Of a stretch of DNA of 64,000 nt, positions 24,281-38,256 are shown piece by piece. The notes beneath the pieces are model-generated. The model saw only the letters and a list, made by a program, of their open reading frames with translations. It searched no databases and had not been told where the DNA came from. The translations under genes and the position numbers were made by a program. Origin of the DNA: Octopus sinensis (Eukaryota). The stretch is from assembly GCF_006345805.1 (NCBI RefSeq), contig NC_043009.1, forward strand, positions 35,588,001-35,652,000, written 5' to 3'. Position 1 is the stretch's first letter; the number at the start of each line of letters is the position of its first letter.

Positions 24281-25168
24281 CTGAAGCGCAATCATAAGAG
24301 CTGTGACATACTTTCCTTTGATGTCACTTCTTTCATCTGCGTATCTTACCTTGATATAGCTTCTGATGTTTGGTCTTGAATAATTGATTGGCCAAATGTT
24401 CTTAGAATTTTATGAATAGCGTTTCTAGTTTCTTTTTGGAAGGTGGGATCTTTTTGTTTGTTTGCTTTTCGTGGAGAAAATATAAAAGAGAGAAGTAACT
24501 TTTGAGCCACATATATTGCAACATCTACTCTTCAGATACAGTAGAAGAGCGTGACTTTTCCAGAAACCAGTATCTCATGATACGAGGAACAGAGCATTCA
24601 TTTGCTAAACTTTGATGGCACTCTTTCAAATATCGCTACGATATAAATTATTTCTGTAGATTTAGTTTTCTCCGAGGAAGAGACAAATAAAATTTTTAGT
24701 GTTATCTAATAATTTAAGTGGCACACGGAAACAATGTCCTCCATTGAGTACAATGACACAATTCAGTCGCAATCAAGCATTGTAACTAAAACCTGGCTGG
24801 AAGCAAAATCTACACACTAAGAATAAGTAGCTTCCCACAAACAGAACTCGTTACACTTCTTGAAAATATTTGACACATATCCTTCAAATTCTGTTCCAGC
24901 TGTTGGCCTTTTGGTGAGTGATACACTGTTATTCAATATAATATTTTCCAATATAATTTCCAATTCTCATAACGGATACTAACTCAAACTGTTAATACAG
25001 TTTAGAAAATTTTGTAGGTCTGAATTGCATGTTTTCGTCAGTCATCGAATTTTGAGGATCGTAGTGAGATCCTTTTCTAAGTTTATCGGGACTCATGAGT
25101 ATACGTGGGATCATAGATGTATATGTCTGTCTGTAAGTATATAGCTCTTTTTCTCTCTTACACAGGGT

Positions 25169-25202
<34 letters not shown>

Positions 25203-26266
25203 CTATATATATACACACATACACATACATACAGATCCGCTGTTCGTAATGAAGAGAAGTATAAATATTTTAATTACAATTATAAATATTCGGTTGAAAT
25301 TTTATTTCTATTAATATTCACTTTTGCTTGACCTATCTACGATAACATTATCGATTTATAAAGAAGAAAACATCCTTTAATCTAGAATATGGTCAGAACC
25401 TCGCTGTTACATAGATTAACAGAGGTTACACTATTATTACGCAAGGAAACATAACCCATAATTGAATAAGCTTTTCTTAAAAAATGTTCAGTAAAACATT
25501 CTTTCTCTTAATGTGGAGAACTTTACGTAATGGTGAACATTAACATTTAGCTTAAATTTCAGATGAATTTCGTTACTACTGTAGCTTCAAACAGTCTGCA
25601 ACTTTAAATCACAGAAACAGGAATATGCTTGAAATCTCGAAGTTTGTATTTCTTTAACTACAGAGAACACAAAATAGCTTCTTCCTCAACGTTAACCTAT
25701 GTCCAAGCAAGATCAAGATCTTCAGTCTTTTAGTTGCTCATGTCTCATAGTATACACCGCAACCGATGTCTTTAAAAATGTACCCCATTTAAATGTAGCT
25801 TTATATTCTCCATTTTAAAATCCTAATATTTTAAAGGGATGTATCCGAAGGGATGCGTCAGCGAACGATGTTTTAAAACTTGTTTAATCGTTTTAGAGAT
25901 TTCTATCTAAAGGGCAACTTATCCTTTTTCTAAAATTGTATTCGGGTTGTATTATTCGGGTGCAGATTTGCAATCCCGGGTTATGATAAAGACGTAACCG
26001 ACCTTAAAAAATTGTTATTGGTGATTTTGTTGTGTATGTGAAATGTTGACATGCGTACAAATGAATGGTCTAAATGTCCTAGCATCTTTTGTAAATGTAT
26101 TTAAACTACAACATAATTTTTCTATCTCGGCGCTTGGAGTGAAGTAAATAAAGATAAATGCTTTAATATTTGATTTCACAGTAAAACATAAAGCTGTATT
26201 TCTAGATACTGCCTTTTCCTGTATATCTATCTATGTATATGTGTGTGTTTGTGTATGTGTGCATGT

Positions 26267-26304
<38 letters not shown>

Positions 26305-26706
26305 CCAGACGTACACATTCTATGTGGCGCTTCATTCCTAACAGAAGCTAGCTACCTTTCCCGTAATTCCTACAGGATCCACTTTCGACCAACTTCCTTA
26401 TTTCTCAATCAGATTTCTAAATCCGTTTTTTCCTCTACTTTTATGTCTATCACTTATCTTTCATGCACAATCTTCTCTGTTTTGATCCGTCTTACTGTGC
26501 TTTCTATTATATCTCCAGGCATTTCATTTAAATACATAATCAAATATTATCTGTTTCTTTTTCACTTTAAAATCTCAATGTTTACAAATCTTGTTCTGAC
26601 CAAATATCTAACTCCTCTCTAAGCAAGTAATTTAAATACAGTATTCAAATGCTGTAAAATATATATATGCACATACGTTATTGTGTATTCATGTGTTTAT
26701 ATGCGC

Positions 26707-26795
<89 letters not shown>

Positions 26796-28397
26796 TATAT
26801 ACATACATGCATACATACGTACACACATACATACGTACATACATAATGCATTCATACACTAACAAAGTATCATTTGATATCTTGTCGTGATATAATACAT
26901 CCGTTTCCATGAACGCCACTCTTAACCTTAATTCACAGATCAGCTTAAAGGGTACGAAAATTCTTGACAATTGCCTGAAGCCAGTCGATCTTAACATTGC
27001 TACACACGGTATAGATACTGATAGAGAGAGTGGCGGTAGGAGGGATGGCGAGAATGGTGATAGTAGTTTTTATGATGTTGGGTTGTTGAGAAATTGCTAA
27101 TAGCTTTGAGCATGAAAATGAGATTAGTGGTGGTGGTGGTGGTTTTGGTGTTGTTGTTGTTGTTGTTGTTGTTGCTGGCGGTGGTGGTGGTGGTGGTGGT
27201 GGCGGCGGTGGTGGTGGTTTTGATGGTGGTGGCAGTGAGATTGGCAGTACTGGTGATGGCGGTGTTTTGCGTTGCTGCAATGATATTAGATCGATGTGGT
27301 TTTGTCAATGCTGTCTTGCTTTACTGTTACCCAGGATTCGGATCAGAGATTTTCCAGACATGACCATCCTGTTTTAAAAAGTGCACGTACCAACATTATC
27401 AAACGTGTTTCTTTAATGACAATATTCTATGAATTGAGCGAGCTTTGGCTGCTATGCACAAGGACGGTCATATATTGCCCCGCCTTACTGGTGTGTCTCA
27501 TCCTTTTGCTCGTGCTGCTGGTGGTATTGATATTGGTGGAGATGTTAGTGGTAGTGGACATTTGAGTGTGATAATAGTAACGGTGTATTTATTTAACGGT
27601 GACGACGATGAGAGCGATGCTTGTGGAGCTAGATAATATTTCTTTGTGTATTGTGTCCCAGTGGTGTCATTATTATCCAATGGTTCAACAATTATTGCAC
27701 AATTAAGATCATCAACTTTACACAAAGCCATCCCATAAGAATTCGGAACAGTGTCACCTTTCCAGTGCCATAAAAGGCATTTTTCATCCACCGATATTAG
27801 TTCCACTTAATGGAACCAACTGCATTACCGTCACCACCACGAACACCATCACCACGACACCACATCTATCACCACCACCACTGCCACCACGACCACCACC
27901 ATCGCAGTACAGAAGACTAAAAGACGACGACGAAGATGAAAAATAAGAAGGAAAAGGATATTGGAGTAGGAGGAAGAGGAATAGAAGGCGGAGAAGAATA
28001 GAGGAGGAAGTGATAGAGAAAAGAAGACGGCAAATGAGACGTAAGAGAAGACAACGTTGGCAGGAACATTAATTCATTAGGTTATGATTGAGTAGGACGA
28101 AGCAATTTTAGTTGAGATTATAGAAAATGGAGAAAATGAAAATGCCGGAGAAAGATGCGGATGAAAGAAACAAGGGAAGATGGAAAGAGAAACGAATGCA
28201 AGAACGTGAATAAAAGGAATACTTCAGCAAGGAGCACATCCATGAGAATGTGGAACCTAATCATGGAGAAATGGAGTCATCAATTTATTACTGACAGACA
28301 TTTCCAGACACCAATTTTGAAAGTAATCAGCTTGAGATATACATAAACACACGCGCACATACAAACTATCTATGTGTGTGTACACACACACACACAC

Positions 28398-28441
<44 letters not shown>

Positions 28442-29009
28442 AAGAGAGATAACTTGATAGATAGATAGATTGATTGATAGACAGGCAGACACACAAACAA
28501 GAAGATAGCTACATACATATACATGTAGATCTATATATATGTATAATTATATATACATGCATGTGTGTATACATGTGTGTGTATTTATATATGTATGTTT
28601 GTATGTATGTATGTATGTACGTATGTATGTATGCATGCATGTATGTATGTATGTACGTACACACTCAGAACTTTCCACTATCTATAAATTACCATATCTC
28701 TATCCTTTGTCCTGGGACCGAAATATAGCTAAATAATAGTTTAGATTGTTATAAATACTAATATAGTTCCTATATCCTGGATGTTTAACAATAGGTAATC
28801 AGCCATCGATTAGACCTATCATCAAATATATTTCAGATGCAATCCTCCCATCCCACATTATCCAAGGTGCTTTACTTTACAAAAGATAGTTGTATAGGAT
28901 TCAAAGTTTAATTGGTTGCTCTTTTCTACTGATGGAACAAATGCTCAAAAGTACTGCATGTAGGTTCAATTATAAATTGCTAGACCAATTGAATTAAATA
29001 CATAATTAT

Positions 29010-29830
29010 ATATAGTGTTGAGTCAAAAATTTTTCAATAATTTTGTAACTGATTTGTTTCATTCAAGTTACAACAAAAGCAGTCTAGCATTGAAAGTATA
29101 GGCCATCGTGTTGGATAGTCTGAAGCCACCTTTCTGCCAGTTCTTTGATTCCGCAATGATACCAATTCTTGTCCTTAGAAGCAAAGAAATCTTTCACTGA
29201 AGCTTCCACCTCTTTGTTGATGAAGCCTCACGAGAACAGGAAGTGTACCATGGATTTGAACAAATAATACTCCGTAGAGGAGAGCTAGGTATGGACTATA
29301 TGATCGATGTAGCATTAATTTGATTCGGTCAGGCTCCTGGAGTTGATTCCGGATCGTTCGAGTGCTATGAGGTTTCTGCAGAAGAGTTTGATTTCTGTCA
29401 CCAATGCTGAATATTTTTAGCGCACAATGGCATATATTCGTGATATTTTCCAGGTTGGAATTTATGGCCTGGAGCATGGCGTACCTGGTGTACGGTTTTA
29501 GGCCAACTTGATATTGCCTGATCCTCGAGGTCGTCGCCACATGAGTGAAATTTATTGGAAAATTTGGTTACTGTACAATGATCAACTGCGCCTTCATCTT
29601 TTACACAGCATATATGTTTTGGTTGCTTCCACAGCGTTATGGTCTGTTTCAAACTCGTAAAGCATAAGTTCCCGAATTAGACTACGTTGCATGTTCGTCT
29701 GTGCGGCTTTAAAATCACCTACAGCGTGAAGCAATGTACAATGTGTCAGCGCACCCACTGTCGTGATACTACCAACGTGAGCAGGTACCTACCACTGCTT
29801 GAACTGCTTCGGTCATGTAACATAACCGCC
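29010..29830 (-). mobile_element. Decayed mariner transposase
   Basis: Minus strand C-terminus GIKELAERWLQTIQHDGLYF; N-terminal HTH-like and LEDQAISSWP (LEDxxRSGRP-like) remnants. Confidence 0.7.
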
Positions 29831-29997
29831 GCAAACTAGCACTAGTTTACAAATAAAAACAAATTCTTCAAACAATTCACACGTACACGTCTCCAACAGC
29901 CAAGGGGCTAAAAATGTGTCAACAGAAGGGCACATAGGATTCATGACCTGGATACGGGCTGCCCTCCTTAGAGTGTGAGAAATCCAATCCCAAAAAT

Positions 29998-30018
29998 GAT
30001 AATAATAAGATAATATTA

Positions 30019-30089
<71 letters not shown>
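29998..30089. repeat. (AAT)n microsatellite
   Basis: About 30 units, immediately 5' of an R4-like copy. Confidence 0.97.
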
Positions 30090-30090
<1 letters not shown>

Positions 30091-30649
30091 CTATGGCAAA
30101 TACCCAAAGAGAGCGAGTAATGCAGATGTTGACAAAGCCCTGACCCATCAATGGCTAATGGCCTCTGGCTTAAAATCTGAAACAGAGGGGTTTATCATAG
30201 CAGCTCAAGATCAATGCCTACCAACAAGAAACTACCAGGCCAACATATTAAAGATCAGCAGCAGTCCATAGGTGCCCTGGGAATGATAGCGAAAGGGACT
30301 AATTGCTACCTAACTCAGATACCAGGAAACCCCAAAATGGCAGAAATTCAAAAGATAGTGCTCATAGGAACTGCTCATATCCTACGCAAAATACTTTCTA
30401 TGTAATCCCAAGGTTTAAAACAAACTTTTATTTATTTATTTATTTTATTTTATTTTATTTTATTTTATTTTTTTAAAATTTTATTTTTATGTATTAGACA
30501 TTCACTAGTACAACACCAAAAAAAAAAAAAACCAAATATATGGCACAGAACTTCCAACCTGTTGTCTCTTGAGGTCTCTGGGTGAGACTTGAAGCCAACT
30601 TGTACAGACATAAAGCAAAAGTCAAACATAGAATAATAATAATAATAAT
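30090..30649 (+). mobile_element. Short R4/Dong-like copy 1, with an internal ~430-bp deletion removing the finger and RLE
   Basis: YGKYPKRA..QWLMASGLKSETEGFIIAAQDQCLPTRNY joined directly to IGALGMI..GTAHILRKILSM*; (AAT)n tail. Confidence 0.92.
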
Positions 30650-31550
30650 CTATGGCAAATGCCCAAAGAGAGCGAAAATGCAGATGTTGACAAAGCCCTG
30701 ACCCAGCAATGGCGAATGGGTTTATCATAGCAGCTCAAGATCAATGCCTACCAACAAGAAACTACCAGGCCAACATATTAAAGATCAGCAGCAGTCCAGC
30801 GTGTCGTGTATGCCGGCAACAAAATGAAACCATTGATCATGTAGTCTCCAAGTGCAGTCTTCTAGCGTCTACAGAGTATCTCAACAGGCACGATAGAGCT
30901 GCACAATATATTCACTGGGTAATCTGCAAAAACCTGGATTTGCCCCATGAAAAAAACTGGTGGGAACACAAACCACCCCCAGTGCTTGAAAATGACCACA
31001 TCTCATTCCTCTGGAACTTCACCATTCAAACTGACAGAAAGATAGATGCAAATAAGCCATACATCATAGTAAAAGACTTCAGACAAAGAACATGCCTCCT
31101 CATTGATATGACTGTCCCAATCGATATAAACGTATCTGTCAAGACCTACCAAAAACTGAGCAAATATAAAGATCTTGAAATAGAAATCAGCAAAATGTGG
31201 AAGCTGAAGACTAAAACAATACCTGTTGTCATAGGTGCCCTGGGAATGATAGCAAAAGGGGCTGATAGCTACCTAACTCAGATACCAGGAAACCCCAAAA
31301 TGGCAGAAATTCAAAACATAGTGCTCTTGGGAACTGCTCATATCCTACGCAAAATACTTTCTATGTAATCTCAAGGTTTAAAACAAACATTTTTTTAGAC
31401 ATCCACCAGTACAACACAAAAAACAACCAAATATATGGCACACTAGGCATAACAACAACGTGAACTTCCAACCTGTTGTCTCTTGAGGTCTCCGGGTGAG
31501 ACTTGGAGCCAACTTGTACAAATATAAAGCAAAAGTCAAACATATAATAA
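30650..31550 (+). mobile_element. Short R4/Dong-like copy 2 with a 219-aa open frame (CCHC finger + RLE endonuclease)
   Basis: ORF 30709-31368: CRVCRQQNETIDHVVSKC, RHDRAAQYIHW, NKPYIIVKD (PD changed to PY), LIDMTVP, KLSKY; (AAT)/(AAC) tail. Confidence 0.93.
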
Positions 31551-31554
31551 TAAT

Positions 31555-31626
<72 letters not shown>

Positions 31627-31628
31627 TA

Positions 31629-31682
<54 letters not shown>
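31546..31682. repeat. (AAT)(AAC)n(GAT)n compound microsatellite
   Basis: Direct reading. Confidence 0.97.
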
Positions 31683-31794
31683 GTGCTGACACTAAACGAA
31701 TCTCGACATGTTCTGTGCTGACCCCAAACGAATCTCGGAATACCCTGTGCTGAAACCAAACGAACTGATAAAACGATAGACCATCTCGTCTCGA

Positions 31795-32130
31795 GATGTC
31801 CTGTGGTGACACCAAATGAATGGAAGAAATCGCTACCATTATTTACATTGGAAAATATGCAAAAAAAACTACAAAGTATGAACATCCTGCTGAGCCAGTC
31901 GTTGAAGGTAAAATTGTCACTATCTTCTGGGATTTTCCAGTCAACACCGACAGAACAGTCCAGGCTAAACGACCAGACATAGTCATTAAAGACAGAGAAG
32001 AAAATACTTGTAGATTAATAGATGTAAGTGTTCCCAAATTATAAAAATATATCTGTAAAAGAATTTGAAAAATTATGTAATTATAAGGACCTGGAAATTA
32101 AAATAGAGGAGATGTAGCATCTTAAAGCGA
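31795..32130 (+). mobile_element. R4/Dong-like RLE fragment (different subfamily)
   Basis: IFWDFPVNTDRTVQAKRPDIVIKDREENTCRLIDVSVP. Confidence 0.85.
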
Positions 32131-32999
32131 GACACTACGTCTTTAAAGGGACTTTCCTTGGGTGAAATATCTCAGCTAAAATTCGCTTAACAACATACAT
32201 ATATTCCGAATGTGACATCGGTTATCCCACACACACAAACGCACACATATGTGTATGTGTGCTTTTAAGTATGTTTACGTGTACATACCAACACGTTTGT
32301 GTATACATATGAAACAAATGGTTACTCAATACATTGTATAGAATCAATATTTATAAAGAGGCCCTTGATGATTCAGAGTTGTATTACATATTTCACTCAC
32401 ATAGAGAGAAGCAGAGAGTTTGAATGACAGAGAGACCTCTTGACATGACAGCATAGACAGCATATATATTTCTGTCGTCTAGAACCTGTAATGACAATGA
32501 GATATTTTTGAATTCTAAGCAAATCCATTAAGCATTTTTTCATGACTGATATCAGATTGTTACGAGAGTTGAGCTGCATAGTATTAAGTTTCTAATCACG
32601 TTATAATCAGAAAAAATTAATGTTCGTTTGTTCTACATTTATAGGGAGCTGGGTAGAAATGGGTAGAAACGTGCCAGAAATAGTAGCTGTATCTCGTTTA
32701 AATTATACATTTATCGCTTGCGTTACTGTCACATCGGACAACGTAATTTTAGAGTAAGTGAATGAAAAAATGCAGATAAATACAGCGGCAACATTTTTCA
32801 TGATAGATCTCTCTTTTTGATGAATCAAAACTGACCTACGTAGGATTAAACAACAAGAACACGAAACAGATAAATTTTGTATGTGTCTACTATTAACTAA
32901 ACGAAAATTAAATAGGAAAGGCAATAAAAGTTTCCAGGAAACGATGGCACAACTCTTCCTTACTTCTACTTTTTTTCTAATTCAGATACTACTCACTGT

Positions 33000-33790
33000 G
33001 TAGGGCAGCTGACGTCATTGTGATGCTGCTGCTCAAAAAACTAGGAACAATCTCCTTCCTCTAGGAAGTGCGAACAAGAAAAACAATAAAGGAAAATTTG
33101 AAAATATGAAGAAACAAGGAATATATGAATATTGACATCATGGGAAAATCTGAAACTAATGAAACAGAAGTTGATGGTAAGATTCTAAGAGAAAATCGCA
33201 TAATGTTGTAAGTCGATTAAGAAGAGAATTGGAAGAATGGAAAGAAGGAAAAATATAGAAAAAAATCACTAATTAGATGATGGGAGATTCAATTAATGAT
33301 AATTGTAAACCTACACGGCGTATTTTTTCAATACCAACATCATATACACATAAACTTTGCACAAGAATATGGCATCAGGAGATAAAAGTATTCTTCCAAT
33401 AAATTTAAAATGAAAAATGAGATAAGAATTATTACGGGAGATTTTGATCGAAAACTCAGAGGAGAAAGCAGCAATAATGTAACAAGTCGTTATTGATTAT
33501 GGGGAATAAATGAAAGAGGCGAACAACTGATTCATTCTTACGAAAGGAAAGCTTGAAGGGGCACCAAAAGCTTGTTGTTGCGAGTACCATTAAAGATGAG
33601 TTTATGGGACATGAAGAAAACAACGTAAACTAAATAATAAGTCACAGTTCCAATCGTATCCAACTTTCAAAAATGAACATACTCTTAAGTAGATATAGGG
33701 TCCATATTATAATACAGTGGTAAATAAATTAGTAGTAACTAAAATGGTAAATTAATTAAAGTTACATTGGTAATTACAAGAAAAAAATAA
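33000..33790 (+). mobile_element. Very decayed RTE-like AP endonuclease fragment
   Basis: IITGDFDRKL..WGINERGEQLI resembles GDFNAK..G..NENGxRL. Confidence 0.5.
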
Positions 33791-34345
33791 ACGGTATCAT
33801 GCGATAGTGGACAGTATATAAACAGAACTTATAATGTGAAAAACGAAATGCACACACACACATACACAAAAGCACACACACACTCACACATACACACAAA
33901 TATTCTCTTCCAGTCATTCGACATTTTAGCTGCATCACTTATCTGCTTCTGTGTGGTGTATGGATGTAAGTGTGGTTGATTCGTGAGTGCAGAGAAAGAA
34001 GGGGGAGAGGTGAAGAGAGAGATACTCAGAGTAAAGAAAATCCTATAAGAATACAGAGGCGATACATACATACATATATAAGATATATATATACATATAT
34101 ATTTAAACAAAAAAGAGGCGACTATTAATTGGCAATCTTACAGAATAGAAGAAGTCAAAACGTCCAAACCACATTTAAGAGCAATTTCGAGGGGAATGAA
34201 GAATAAAAATTTGTATCTTCTTTTTTACAGCCTAACTAGATTTCAAACGTTAATTAGCAAATGAAATAATTTGCTAGGCGAAGTTCTCATCGATGGCTTC
34301 GCCAAAATAATTAAAACATAACTTATACCTTCATATATACATACA

Positions 34346-34468
<123 letters not shown>

Positions 34469-34985
34469 CAGAGAGTGAGAGAAAGAGTTTGGACAAAATA
34501 ATGTAAACACCTTAAAATTTTGAACAAATTTATTCTAATAAGGAGTAGGACCAGCTTTAGCAGTAATTACAACTGGAATTCTAAGATGTATGAAATCGTA
34601 CAAAGAGTGAATTGTTTCCAAAGGAATTTTTGTCCATCCCGCAGCTAAAAAAGTATCCAGTTGTTGTAGTGATGATGATGGAGCATATCGACTCCCTACT
34701 TGTTTTTCTAGAATGCACCATAAATTTTCAGTAATATTCAGATCTGGGGACTGTGATGGCCAGATAAAATGTTCATCTTCGCTAGAATGTTCCCCATGCC
34801 ATTCAGTAAACATTTTAGCTGTGTGAATTGGTGCACTATCATCATGAAAGACTGCGTTTCCCTCTCGAAACAGATTCGCAACCATATTATCAAATAAAAT
34901 GCTAAAATAGTCTTGGCTATTAATTTTGCCATGAAAGGAAACCATTAGGCCATTGGATTTCCAAGATATAGCCCCACCACCAACC
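34469..34985 (-). mobile_element. Tc1-like (DD34E) transposon 3' half, at a TA
   Basis: VFHDDSAPIHTA, WPSQSPDLNITENLW; terminus ta|cagagagtg; 5' part replaced by (ATGT)n. Confidence 0.85.
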
Positions 34986-35210
34986 ATGTATGTATGTATG
35001 TATGAATGTATGTATGCATGTATTTATGAATGTATGTATGTATGTATGTACGTATGTATGCATGTATGTGTGTATATATGTATGTATGCATGCATGTATT
35101 TATGAATGTATGTATGTATGTATGTATGTACGTATGTATGTATGTCCGTATGTATGTATGCATGTATGTATGTATGTATGTATGTATGTATGTATGTATG
35201 TATTTATACA
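34985..35210. repeat. (ATGT)n microsatellite with internal higher-order duplication
   Basis: Repeated gcatgtatttatgaatgtatg unit. Confidence 0.92.
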
Positions 35211-36294
35211 TTTATGGAGAAAGAGAGGAAGATCGTGAGGAGAAAGAAAAGAAAAGGCATATACTGGCTGATTTATTTCTACAGAAGTATTTTTGTCGGA
35301 TATATTCCTTCGAATTTGGATACCAACACTTTTCTCAAAATTATACAGGGATATGTATGTCCGCTTGATTGTATACATGAGAAAAGAAAACGTGTGATTC
35401 TCTAACTATCTTTCAAAATTACTCAGAAACAATTTAGAGCCTATTTGTATACTGCGAAAGCTATCAGATGAAGTTTATTTTAATATTTACCCGTTCAACA
35501 ACGTTATTCTGTTGTTATTTGGACAGACTTGAATGTCATAAAAGGCATCGTTTACATGAATATTTCGCCTTTAGATAATTTTCACTAATTAACAAAAATT
35601 GCATACATACATTGTTCCCGTATTTACTTTGAGAAGGCAAACCTAACCGCGTAAATGGAAATCTCAAATTTGGTTTTGGAACTTTTCGAAATTTTCGTAA
35701 ACATCAAGGTTTGTCGAAAACTCCATGATTACGTGGAAGATGTTTTTTCTTTTCTTTATTAATCATTATATAATAAATTGTATTTCACTCAAAGTCGCTT
35801 CAATTTCAAATTATTCCAATCTATTTGCATTTTCCTTAGAAATATTTCAGGACGAACTAAAACACCTACTCACCACCAAGAGGTCATATTGATATATAAG
35901 ATATATTGTTCATACGTACATACATATATACATACATACATACATAAAAACATGCATGCATGCATATGTATGCACAAGTGACAGAAAATGAAGTTTACGA
36001 GATTCTTTAATAATCACTACGATTGTTTCGACCCACCTTGCATTGTTCCCTTACGGGTGAGATATTGTAGAAATAGTTGTGGTGCATCATTGATGCAGAT
36101 GTTTCTCGGAAGGTAACTTATGAAAAGGTAACTTGTTTTTAAATCTCTGTTTTGCTTATTTTGATTAGAATATATTTTAGTAGTTGTGGTGTGCGAGGAT
36201 CTACAGACACTCTCCGCATTCACAAATCCTCCGCTAAAATGGAATGCATTGACCTTGCGCTTGTTTCCACGTCGTGAGCAATTTCCTGAGTTGT

Positions 36295-36723
36295 TACACG
36301 ACAATTTTCCATGACTGTTCGCCGAACATTCACAATCGGGTCCTCGTTTCGGCTTGTGGATGGCTTCACTGAGCGTGCGTCGCTCTCCACTCAGGTGCGA
36401 TCATTCTTGAAGCGCTTGTGCCACTCCTTCATCTGCGTTTTGCCCATCACCAAAGGCCTGCTGAATGTTCTGAATAATTTGCGCTTGAGTATCACTAAAT
36501 TTTGGCAAAACCATTCCACAATAAATCTACTCGGTGCGTTCGATGAAAACGAAAATCCAACGTGCGCGTACTACACGTTTGAACTCTAGGCGCAACTTCC
36601 GGGCACTGGCACGGCCTACTGGCGGTAAAACTTTTTTGCCTGCCGGGGATGGGCGGGTGCAACGTCACCTCCCGCCCAAAGGATTTTGCCCACGCAGCAT
36701 TAGTCTTTTGGGATGCTCCTAGT
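36295..36723 (-). mobile_element. Mariner 5' fragment (TIR + N-terminal HTH); partial duplicate at about 37030-37125
   Basis: Minus strand KEWHKRFKNDRT*VESDARS..; terminus cttttgggatgctcctagta; aaaatccaacgtgcgcgtactacac is repeated at 37045. Confidence 0.75.
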
Positions 36724-36762
36724 ACATATATTTTATATATACATACATAGATATATATATAG

Positions 36763-36919
<157 letters not shown>

Positions 36920-37293
36920 GTGTGTGTGCAATTACAGCATAAACCATTTGATAAACCATTTTAAAAAACACAAAAGCCATTAGATTCACTTCAACATTTA
37001 AATTTAATTTGTGTTAAAAGATTTTGTCGCGGTTTCAAAGGGACGAAAATCCAACGTGCGCGTACTACACTTTTGAACTCTTGGCGCAACTGCCGGGCAC
37101 TTTACTTGTCTGCGGTGCGATCTCATTACACCCTGTGTATATGATGGCGGAAATCCAACAACAACTGTTCTGTTATTCCGTATGATGAAGAAAGTATTAT
37201 ACTCAACATCTGTGACATGCAATCTGAAATACGTATGTATTTATATATGTATGTATGTACGTATGTATGTATGTATGTATGTATGTATGTATG

Positions 37294-37325
<32 letters not shown>

Positions 37326-38256
37326 ACGCCAAATATGTTACTTCTCTAAATATAGTTAAAGAATGCCAAAGGTCAGCTAGAGCTTTTTAGAAATATTTAA
37401 TATTTAGAGTTGATAGTACTTATAACACATATTTTAAGTCAGTATCTTATTGGTAAGAAACGGTCAGAATTTAGATATCAGATAACTTAGAATTTCACCC
37501 AATAATTTGATCAATAACCGAAAATATAGTTGGAAGAGTGTTATTAAAATTATATCTCTTTCTTTCTGCTTGTCGTACAGAACCCTTTATTACAATTTGA
37601 AATATGTCCCTTTCTGCTGCCAACGCAGCGGTGTCAGAGCTCTTCAGAAATTACACCTTATAGAATCAGGCCTACAATTTATTTGAAACATTTTTGGGAC
37701 CATTCCAAAATTTTAGGCAAGTCACTACATCAAATATCCTGATAATTGTCCTTCGTGGTGGCCAGCTACAGAGCTATACAGAATTTTGCAGAAATCCCTC
37801 TGGTATTAGCTGGTTATATTGAAATTGGTTATTCATGAAAGAATGTTGCTAAGACTTTTCAAGCGACTTTATCCAATGGAGATAGTGTGCATTGGCATTT
37901 ATACATAGAAATTGAAAGATGAGGAAATTTCCTCTCCACAGCACTTTGAATTTTCGATTAACACTCAAAAGATAATGTTGCCCCTCTTTGTAACTCTGCT
38001 GCTGCCACTACTACTTCTACTATTACAACTACTACTACTATCAATATTAATAATAATGATGACGACGACGACGACGACGACGACGATGATGCTGATGATG
38101 GTGATAATGATGATGATGATGATGATGAGGATGAGGATGAGGATGAGGATGAGGATGAGGATGATGATGATGATGATATCAGCAACAACAACAACAAAAG
38201 CTAAGAAGCTGAAAAGAAAATATGATATAAAAAGAATAAGCAACATTAATGAAGTA

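Noticed and set aside
32401-32485. Candidate second exon (TACAG|GTT..TAT|GTGAGT) for the 41230 gene
   Set aside because: The phase-1 translation is unconvincing (Cys/Ser/Leu-rich) and such splice pairs arise by chance; it cannot be supported without RNA data.
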